Assembly (NCBI GenBank): GCA_045118975.1
Contig: JBGVCT010000009.1
Span: forward strand, 92,269-156,268
DNA length: 64,000 nt
Direction of reading: 5' to 3'
DNA from: Bacilli bacterium
Lineage (GTDB): Bacteria > Bacillota_I > Bacilli_A > RFN20 > DUOF01
A program made the translations under genes and the position numbers. The notes beneath the pieces were generated by a model. That model worked only from the letters and a program-made list of their open reading frames with translations, was not told the origin of the DNA and did not search any database. Positions 18,325-24,957 of this stretch are shown here, in pieces (within the stretch, counting starts at the first letter, position 1; each line of letters begins with the position of its first letter).

Positions 18325-19233
18325 ATGAAATATGTTTTTTTTGATATAGAATGTGCCAATTATGTAGAGGATATGTTTACTATTTGTACTTTTGGTTACA
18401 TTATTTGCGATGAGAAGTTTAATATTATCAAAGAAGAAGATATTTTAATTAATCCTAAATCTAAGTTTAATAAAATTGTTTTAAATAAAATCATTCACTA
18501 CAAAGAAGAAGATTTTTTAGATAAACCAACATTCAAAGAAGTTTATCCATTCATTAAAGAACTACTAACAAATAAAGATCATATGTGTTTTGGATTTGAT
18601 GTTGGTAATGATTTAAGATTTTTAAATGGTGAATATAAAAGATATGAATTAGAGCCTATAAATGTTAAAGCCTATGATATTCAACATATCCACAAACTAA
18701 TCAAACAATTAAAAACACCTGAATCTCTTTCTAAAGCTGCAATGAGCATGGATATTGATTTTGAATCCATTGAATTACACAATTCAAAAGATGATTCTTA
18801 TTTGACTATGTTAGTAGCAAAAGAGTTAGAAAAAATTAGTGAAGTATCACTATCTAATCTTGTTAATATTAGTAGTCATATTGCTATTGATAGTAACAAT
18901 ATTGTTAATCCAAATAAAGCTAGAAGTAACGAATTAAAATTACTTATAAGCAAATATCCAAATAGAAACAAAAGATTTGCATTTTGCTTATCTGAAGAAT
19001 TAGAAGCAAAAGATAAAGAAAATGATTATGTCATAATTAAAAGTATATTAGAAGCAGGTTATTCTTATACCACTAGAGTTAATGCTGCTAGAATATATGT
19101 AAGTGATACTGACACAGATCCTAGAGATGATCAATTCTTAAAAAGAGAAGAAAAGCATCCTGATAAAACAAGAAAAATAACTAAAAAGCAATTAATTTCA
19201 ATGATTAAATCTAAACACAAAGTAAAAGTATAA
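18325..19233 (+). CDS. DEDDh-type 3'-5' exonuclease (DnaQ/epsilon-like) with an extra ~110-aa C-terminal domain
   Basis: ExoI FFDIE, ExoII FGFDVGNDLRFL, ExoIII HNSKDDSYLT (H-x4-D). There is a 24-nt gap and no terminator after the PII genes. Confidence 0.75.
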   Translation: MKYVFFDIECANYVEDMFTICTFGYIICDEKFNIIKEEDILINPKSKFNKIVLNKIIHYKEEDFLDKPTFKEVYPFIKELLTNKDHMCFGFDVGNDLRFLNGEYKRYELEPINVKAYDIQHIHKLIKQLKTPESLSKAAMSMDIDFESIELHNSKDDSYLTMLVAKELEKISEVSLSNLVNISSHIAIDSNNIVNPNKARSNELKLLISKYPNRNKRFAFCLSEELEAKDKENDYVIIKSILEAGYSYTTRVNAARIYVSDTDTDPRDDQFLKREEKHPDKTRKITKKQLISMIKSKHKVKV

Positions 19234-19257
19234 AACGTGAGTTTCCTCACGTTTTTT
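19232..19257. terminator. Bidirectional intrinsic terminator
   Basis: Stem AACGTGAG, loop TTTC, stem CTCACGTT, flanked by A- and T-runs. Confidence 0.6.
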
Positions 19258-19963
19258 ATATATTCTTTAAACTATTAATTTCTTCCTCACTTAATAATCT
19301 ATATTCTCCCTCATTTAAAGATTCATCTAATTCAATATCTTTAAACTTTATTCTTTTTAAGAATACTACCTCTTTATTTAATGCAATAAACATTCTTTTT
19401 AATTGATGGAATTTACCTTCGCTAATAGTGGCATAGCATTCACTAATTTTATCACTTTTTATAATCTCAAGTTTACCTTCTTTTGTAAGATAGCCATCTT
19501 CTAGAGTTATACCATTTTTAAATGCCTCAATATCACTGTTATCTAATTTTCCTTTTATCTTTAAATAGTAGACTTTGCTAACATGCTTTTTTGGTGACAA
19601 TAACTCATGCGCTAATTTCCCATCATTGCTTAAAATCACTAAACCAACACTATCTTTATCTAATCTCCCAAAAGGAAATAGTTCTTTATGGGCATATTCT
19701 TTTACTAAATCTACTACGGTAGTATCTCTAGTATCTTCAGTAGCACTTACCACTCCTGCTGGTTTATTTAACATAACATAGATAAATTCTTCATACTTTA
19801 ATACTTCATCATTATAAGTAATGACATCTTTATTTTCATCTATTTTAATTGATGCATCTTTTACAACACTACCATTAACTTTTACTAAACCTTTTTTTAA
19901 AACTTGCTTGCTCTCACTTCTAGAGCAAACATTACATTCTTTCAAAAATTTATCTAGTCTCAT
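19256..19963 (-). CDS. RsuA/RluB-family rRNA pseudouridine synthase (S4 domain plus catalytic domain)
   Basis: MRLDKFLKECNVCSRSESKQVL... is the S4 domain. GRLDKDSVGLVILSNDG is the catalytic Asp motif. The track start at 20083 adds 40 implausible residues and would overlap the divergent gene. Confidence 0.85.
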   Translation of the reverse strand: MRLDKFLKECNVCSRSESKQVLKKGLVKVNGSVVKDASIKIDENKDVITYNDEVLKYEEFIYVMLNKPAGVVSATEDTRDTTVVDLVKEYAHKELFPFGRLDKDSVGLVILSNDGKLAHELLSPKKHVSKVYYLKIKGKLDNSDIEAFKNGITLEDGYLTKEGKLEIIKSDKISECYATISEGKFHQLKRMFIALNKEVVFLKRIKFKDIELDESLNEGEYRLLSEEEINSLKNI

Positions 19964-20024
19964 ATATTCACTTCCCACAATTACAATTCTAACACACCTT
20001 TTAACTTTGTTTAATATCAAATAA

Positions 20025-20033
20025 TGATATAAT
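20025..20033 (+). promoter_or_regulatory. Extended -10 element (TGATATAAT) upstream of the deaminase-like operon
   Basis: TGnTATAAT match at 20025-20033. A weak -35 TTGTTT lies at 20007-20012. AGGTGA RBS at 20040-20045. Confidence 0.4.
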
Positions 20034-20050
20034 ATTACTAGGTGATTATT

Positions 20051-21190
20051 ATGGAATTTACACATAGCGAACTTCACACGCACTTCATGGGAATGCTAAG
20101 TTTTTCTGGTTTATTAGAATTATTATATGAAATATATAAGCCTAGTTATCCTGGTTTTCCAATCAATTCTAAGGGCGATTTAGATTTTAAATATCCAGTA
20201 ACTAGACTTAGACGTCCTACAGCAAAAATTCATGACCAACTTGCTGTTACTAATGGGGTTTCTGTTCCTTATTCAGATTTAGATCTTTTATACAAAAACA
20301 GAAATGCACTACTTGCAGATCTTGCTCAATTTGTCAGTGGATATCCACCTAAAACACCTCAATACAATAAAGCATTGAAAGAAATTTATACAATATATCT
20401 TAACCTTGCTTTAAATGAACTAATTGAACAAGGTGTTGAATATGTAGAAATCAGTTATGCAAATATCGGAAGAATAAAGCACATGTTAGAACATGTAGAT
20501 CCTTATATAAGAGAAAATATAGATTTTAAATTTTTACTTTGTACTAATAGGGCACGTGCTGTAGATGATTTAAGAAATGATATTAACTCTATCAAATCAT
20601 CACTTAAATCTGATAGTGCTGTTGGTTTTGATTTCATGGGTATAGAATTACCATTCAATCGTAATGAAGATGATCCAGATGATGAACCATCTAATTCAAT
20701 AAATTCATTTAAAAAGAAATTAACAATGGTAATTACTCTTTTACATGATTTCCCTAAAAGTACTTTAAGAATTCATGCTGGAGAAAACTATTTTTCTAGA
20801 GGTAATCCTTTAGCAACTCTTCAAAAGATAGATGAAATAGCTAGAGAAAAGGGATTGCAAATCCCTCCACCAGAAATAAGATTAGGGCATGCTATATATT
20901 TTATCGATTGCCAAGAATATAGAGATTTACTAAAAAAATACAAATGTATTATAGAAATCAATGCAACTAGTAACCTTGCTTTATCAAATGTGGATGAGCC
21001 AGAAGAAATCAGTTATAACTATTACTTAGGCCATGGAATTCCTGTTGTTATTTCAAGCGATGGTGGTGGAGTATATGATACTACCATTCAAGATGAAGAT
21101 ATTATTGCAAGAAAAATCGCAGGAGAAGGCGGATACAAGAAAATATTAAAAATTGATAATGCTGTTGTATCAAAGAAAGGAAAGAAATAA
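20051..21190 (+). CDS. Divergent adenosine/AMP-deaminase-fold metal-dependent hydrolase (379 aa)
   Basis: ADA-family motif series in order: SELHTHFMG (ELHxH), VGFDFMGIE, RIHAGE (HAGE), RLGHAIY, INATSN, VVISSDGGG (in place of SxNTDDP). Confidence 0.7.
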   Translation: MEFTHSELHTHFMGMLSFSGLLELLYEIYKPSYPGFPINSKGDLDFKYPVTRLRRPTAKIHDQLAVTNGVSVPYSDLDLLYKNRNALLADLAQFVSGYPPKTPQYNKALKEIYTIYLNLALNELIEQGVEYVEISYANIGRIKHMLEHVDPYIRENIDFKFLLCTNRARAVDDLRNDINSIKSSLKSDSAVGFDFMGIELPFNRNEDDPDDEPSNSINSFKKKLTMVITLLHDFPKSTLRIHAGENYFSRGNPLATLQKIDEIAREKGLQIPPPEIRLGHAIYFIDCQEYRDLLKKYKCIIEINATSNLALSNVDEPEEISYNYYLGHGIPVVISSDGGGVYDTTIQDEDIIARKIAGEGGYKKILKIDNAVVSKKGKK

Positions 21191-21191
21191 T

Positions 21192-21632
21192 ATGAAAAAA
21201 AATATAACACTTTCTAGAATAGACAAGATATTACGCAGGGCTAAAAACCTAGAAGTACAAGAAGCCAATGCCACAACTTATGAAGATGTTAGATTAACTG
21301 AAAGAGAAGCCATTTATACAGAAATTAGAATATTAGAATTTCATCTTTCTAGAATCGCAATGGAGGGTGAAGATTTAGATACAATCAATGATTATGATAC
21401 TGTAATGAATTACATAAAAGAACAAGCTGAGGAAGATAAATTTCATTCATGTAAAATGTTATTAACTTCTTTAAAGTTAATATCTGGATTAGATGTTACT
21501 TTCTTTACAACGCTACCTTCACTAAGAGAAACTATAATGGAACGTGGGCCAATAACACTAAAAGATTTATCTACAAGAATAGAAAAAAAGAAATCTAAGA
21601 CTAAGAATAATGGAAACACTAATAGGAGGTAA
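21192..21632 (+). CDS. Hypothetical helical protein (146 aa) with a basic C-terminal tail
   Basis: The ATG lies 1 nt after the deaminase-like stop, suggesting translational coupling. Sequence begins MKKNITLSRIDKILRRAKN... No family recognised. Confidence 0.5.
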   Translation: MKKNITLSRIDKILRRAKNLEVQEANATTYEDVRLTEREAIYTEIRILEFHLSRIAMEGEDLDTINDYDTVMNYIKEQAEEDKFHSCKMLLTSLKLISGLDVTFFTTLPSLRETIMERGPITLKDLSTRIEKKKSKTKNNGNTNRR

Positions 21633-21638
21633 TTATTA

Positions 21639-22025
21639 ATGATTGAAACATTAAAAACACATTTAAATGAAACTAATTCCCATCTTATTAAACATCTATC
21701 AAGAATTATAAAAAACAATCACATTACCTCTATGGAAGAACTAATAGAATTTGAAAACAAACAATTTACCATTGATGGTAAATTATTGGATAAAGAAGGA
21801 AGAATAAAATATGCTTCTAAAATGGCACTTCAATCATATTGGGATTATGATAATTTAGATTCTATTGATGAAATAAATTATGTTTCAGATTTAAAAGAAT
21901 CATTGAAACAAGATATTAGTGATGAAGAAAAGATATACAATATAATAAAACTTTTTGATATTGTTGGTAATGAGTGTTTATTTGTAAGTGATGCATATAA
22001 ATTAATTGTAGAGGGAAAAATATAA
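21639..22025 (+). CDS. Hypothetical protein (128 aa)
   Basis: GGAGG RBS with a 6-nt gap to the upstream gene. No family recognised. Confidence 0.5.
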   Translation: MIETLKTHLNETNSHLIKHLSRIIKNNHITSMEELIEFENKQFTIDGKLLDKEGRIKYASKMALQSYWDYDNLDSIDEINYVSDLKESLKQDISDEEKIYNIIKLFDIVGNECLFVSDAYKLIVEGKI

Positions 22026-22028
22026 ATT

Positions 22029-22057
22029 AAGATAGGCGAAAGCTTATCTTTTTTTTG
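22029..22057 (+). terminator. Strand-specific intrinsic terminator ending the deaminase-like operon
   Basis: 8-bp stem (AGATAGGC/GCTTATCT with one G-U pair), GAAA tetraloop, T8 run. On the opposite strand the wobble pair would become an A-C mismatch. Confidence 0.65.
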
Positions 22058-22088
22058 TTCTTATATTTTGTTATACAAAAAATAATTG

Positions 22089-22117
22089 TTGACACTACCT
22101 TGTGGCTAATTTAAAAT
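22089..22117 (+). promoter_or_regulatory. Near-consensus sigma-A promoter of the phosphoesterase operon
   Basis: TTGACA (22089-22094), 17 nt, TAAAAT (22112-22117). The palindrome TTTTGT-TAT-ACAAAA lies just upstream (22066-22080). The track ATG at 22116 lies inside the -10 element. Confidence 0.6.
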
Positions 22118-22145
22118 GGAGGTGACTACAAGGAGTGAAAAACAG

Positions 22146-23279
22146 ATGGCAAAGAAGAATAAACATAAGTTTGTAAAGTGTAAAAACAACCCTAAATTCT
22201 TGGTAGACACAGCTTTTAGTGAAAGAAAAGCAAAATATGATCAAGATAGAGTAAGTAATTACCCTGGTCATGAGCCTTATGGTTTCATGAAAGTTACTGG
22301 CGACAATTTCAGTGAAATCGCATTTGTAAACATCACTGACCCACATTTCTTTGGAGATGGCTTTGATGATGAAAGATGCACATTAGCATTAGATTGGATT
22401 AAAAATGTTGCTAATGCAAGAGCAGTTTATGGTGGAGATGTATTTGATATTGCTTCATTATCTGGCAAAACAAATCCTCACCAAAGTATATTAAACAACG
22501 CAGACAGTTTAGACCTTGCTGGTAGTGCTAGTTATATTGGTAAAATTGCTGATAAAACTATTTGTGGTATTGGTGGTAATCACGATGCTGCTTACGCTAA
22601 CAGATTAAGAGATACTGGTATCTCTCCTTTAAAACACGTATTAGAAAAATTCGGTATACAATATTTTGAATACAGTGCACTAATTCAAATGAAGATTGGT
22701 GAACACAATTACAATATCTTATTAGCTCATACAGGTGCTAGTAAACATCCAATTGATGGTGGAATTAAATATGCTCTAGAGTTCTCATCTAGAACAGGAA
22801 TAAGAATTGATGCTCTATTCTTAGGACATAACCACATCAATGCTCATGGAGTATTCCCATGTCAATATAAAAACTATGATGAACAAGGAAGATTACTTGG
22901 TGTATTAGATCATCAAATTCAAATACTTGTTGATCCTTCATTCCAAGGAAGTAATGAACATTTCTTATCTAATAATGTAGATAGACCTAACACAAATGCT
23001 GCAGTTACAGTATTAAGTGAAAGACCTAATCCATTCTATGTAGAAAATGATAATAGACATAGTCCTTATATCTTATGCGTTAAACGTTTCCCACTTCTAA
23101 ATGAGAATAGTAATGAATACTCTATTCCTGCTGCTAAATATATGGCAAGAATGGAAGAGCAATCACCAACTATCTTAAAAGAAGTTAAGAAAATATTAGA
23201 ATCTAAAGAAGCAAGAACAAATATCAGAGTTTCTACTGATATGTTAAGAGAATTTGCTAGAAAGAATGGAGGTAAGTAA
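22146..23279 (+). CDS. Calcineurin-like metallophosphoesterase with all catalytic motifs intact (377 aa)
   Basis: Motifs I-V are present: ITDPHF, YGGDVFD, GGNHDA, LLAHTG, LGHNHI. Start at MAKKNKHKF..., preceded by AAGGAG. Confidence 0.75.
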   Translation: MAKKNKHKFVKCKNNPKFLVDTAFSERKAKYDQDRVSNYPGHEPYGFMKVTGDNFSEIAFVNITDPHFFGDGFDDERCTLALDWIKNVANARAVYGGDVFDIASLSGKTNPHQSILNNADSLDLAGSASYIGKIADKTICGIGGNHDAAYANRLRDTGISPLKHVLEKFGIQYFEYSALIQMKIGEHNYNILLAHTGASKHPIDGGIKYALEFSSRTGIRIDALFLGHNHINAHGVFPCQYKNYDEQGRLLGVLDHQIQILVDPSFQGSNEHFLSNNVDRPNTNAAVTVLSERPNPFYVENDNRHSPYILCVKRFPLLNENSNEYSIPAAKYMARMEEQSPTILKEVKKILESKEARTNIRVSTDMLREFARKNGGK

Positions 23280-23280
23280 G

Positions 23281-24432
23281 ATGGATAAACCAGGATACCA
23301 AAATAACCCTAATAAACTAGAACATTTACTTGATAACTGGTATAAGAAAACTTTTGGAGAAAACTATGAAGAAAGTTCTTCTTACTCAGCTTTCCAAACA
23401 AAAATCAACTTAGCTAGAAATGATGTTGTTGAAGCTTTAGAAGATCCAACTGAAGAAGATTATTTACAACTAGTAGATAAAAAAGCTAGAGAGCCAATTA
23501 GTGCGCAAGTATTTAAAGTGCCTGCTTCAAAAGAATCTCTAGATTTAATCTTCTATTGTTCTACTAATTACTTTGATTTATCAAATCCTCAAAAAGGTAT
23601 TACAAATGGAAGTGATTTAGCTAGCATTAGAGATCAATTCGCTAGATGTAATCCTAATGGTGCTGTTAAAGTAATCATTGGCGGTAATAACCTTGGAGAA
23701 GAATGGCAATTCAAACATTATAAAGATAGTAAGATTATTGATAATAGAGGACAATTCCATGGTCTTATCGAAAGAAAAGAAAGATTAATAAAAGATATTA
23801 AAAGATATTTAGAAGTTGCAAAAGAAATGGGATTCCCTGATGTAGAAATATATTTGATAAAAGGATATCAAGAACATATAATCAAACAAAAATTATGTGT
23901 TGATGTATTTGAGGACATTGTAACAGAACTTAACTTACCAAATGTTCACTATATTAGCGAAGGTGTAAGTCCATACATCACTTGCGAAAGAGAATTAAAA
24001 GATGGAACTGTAATACACAGAGATATCAAATTATTAACTAACATGAGAAACAAAAGTAAGAGTGCTAAAGCAGAAGCTACTTCAGTTGAAAGATATAATG
24101 GTCAAAACAATGGTACTACTACATTTGTATTAAATGGTAATGTATTTGGTAAATTAAACCATAGAGAAGAATATCATGTTACAGGACAAGCTGAATATTT
24201 AAGAACTAGCAAAGGTAATAAGCCAGATAGATCACCTAAAGGATATGATGTATTCTCAGTATACTTATCTAGAAATGAAACTATCGTAGTAGAGGGAAGT
24301 GGAAACTTATTCTCTCCTAGAGCTAGCGCAGAACTTGCTCTAGATTATCAAGAAAAGAAATCAGATATGCTAATTGATGCTATCTATACAGAAGTTCATA
24401 AAAAACTAACTACTAAGAAAACTAAGAAGTAG
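23281..24432 (+). CDS. Hypothetical protein (383 aa), possibly a catalytically degenerate paralog of the adjacent metallophosphoesterase
   Basis: Similar length and collinear pseudo-motifs: CSTNYF (vs DxH), IGGNNLGE (vs GDxxD), IKGYQEH (vs GNHD), VLNGNVFG (vs GHxH). The ATG lies 1 nt after the upstream stop and has a GGAGG RBS. Confidence 0.45.
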   Translation: MDKPGYQNNPNKLEHLLDNWYKKTFGENYEESSSYSAFQTKINLARNDVVEALEDPTEEDYLQLVDKKAREPISAQVFKVPASKESLDLIFYCSTNYFDLSNPQKGITNGSDLASIRDQFARCNPNGAVKVIIGGNNLGEEWQFKHYKDSKIIDNRGQFHGLIERKERLIKDIKRYLEVAKEMGFPDVEIYLIKGYQEHIIKQKLCVDVFEDIVTELNLPNVHYISEGVSPYITCERELKDGTVIHRDIKLLTNMRNKSKSAKAEATSVERYNGQNNGTTTFVLNGNVFGKLNHREEYHVTGQAEYLRTSKGNKPDRSPKGYDVFSVYLSRNETIVVEGSGNLFSPRASAELALDYQEKKSDMLIDAIYTEVHKKLTTKKTKK

Positions 24433-24443
24433 AGGTAATGATT

Positions 24444-24647
24444 ATGAAATGTCTAAATTGTAAACAAGAAATATATGAATTTGATTTTTGTCCACATTGT
24501 GGAACTCCTATTAGTGATATAGCTAAACAAGTAGAAATAAAGAAAAACACAAATATTAGATTAGAAACTTTATTAAAAATATCAAAACTAACAAATGACG
24601 AGAAGACATTAACTATCATTAAAGAATTAATTGATAAATTAAAATAA
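24444..24647 (+). CDS. Small zinc-ribbon protein (67 aa)
   Basis: MKCLNCKQEIYEFDFCPHCGTPISD... (CxxC-x11-CxxC). It is the last gene of the operon before the terminator. Confidence 0.5.
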   Translation: MKCLNCKQEIYEFDFCPHCGTPISDIAKQVEIKKNTNIRLETLLKISKLTNDEKTLTIIKELIDKLK

Positions 24648-24676
24648 AAAAGTGAGGATTGATTCCTCACTTTTTT
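24646..24676. terminator. Bidirectional intrinsic terminator
   Basis: Stem AGTGAGGA, loop TTGAT, stem TCCTCACT, flanked by A- and T-runs. Confidence 0.6.
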
Positions 24677-24922
24677 CTATTCTTCATTTTCTAATTTAGC
24701 AGCTAATGCTTCAGCTTCTGTAGTTAATTCTTTTAATAAAGTTGCTACTTTATTATATTCTTCTAACAATTTTTGCTTATTTTTAATTCTTGCTTCATTA
24801 CTTAAAGTTTTATCCTCATTTAATTGATTTTCAATTTCTTGAAGTTTATCAAATCTTTCAAGTAATATTCTTCTTTTTTCAACCATTTGATTGTATTGTT
24901 TAACATCATCTTGTCTACTCAT
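24677..24922 (-). CDS. Small coiled-coil protein (81 aa), downstream of and probably co-transcribed with the LRR protein
   Basis: GAGGTGA RBS. Heptad-like, Glu/Lys/Leu-rich sequence. Confidence 0.45.
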   Translation of the reverse strand: MSRQDDVKQYNQMVEKRRILLERFDKLQEIENQLNEDKTLSNEARIKNKQKLLEEYNKVATLLKELTTEAEALAAKLENEE

Positions 24923-24957
24923 TATAAGTTCACCTCATAAGAAAATATTACAATATG

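Noticed and set aside
19964-20083. The N-terminal extensions proposed by the track: the pseudouridine synthase from 20083, the phosphoesterase from 22116, ankyrin A from 2434, the 1665 start, the second ABC exporter subunit (12090..13865) from 13901, and the LemA-like gene from 44325.
   Set aside because: The extended starts fall inside promoter -35/-10 hexamers, inside the neighbouring gene, or within the RBS itself. Downstream ATGs have properly spaced Shine-Dalgarno sequences and give N-termini that match the family, for example the S4 domain starting at MRLDKFL.
20051-21190. Calling the deaminase-like gene RADAR RdrB or CRISPR-associated Cad1.
   Set aside because: It is 379 aa with no CARF domain, no adjacent RdrA-type AAA+ ATPase, and no cas genes or CRISPR array in the window. 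Only the shared fold is supported, so it is reported as a distinct, unassigned context.
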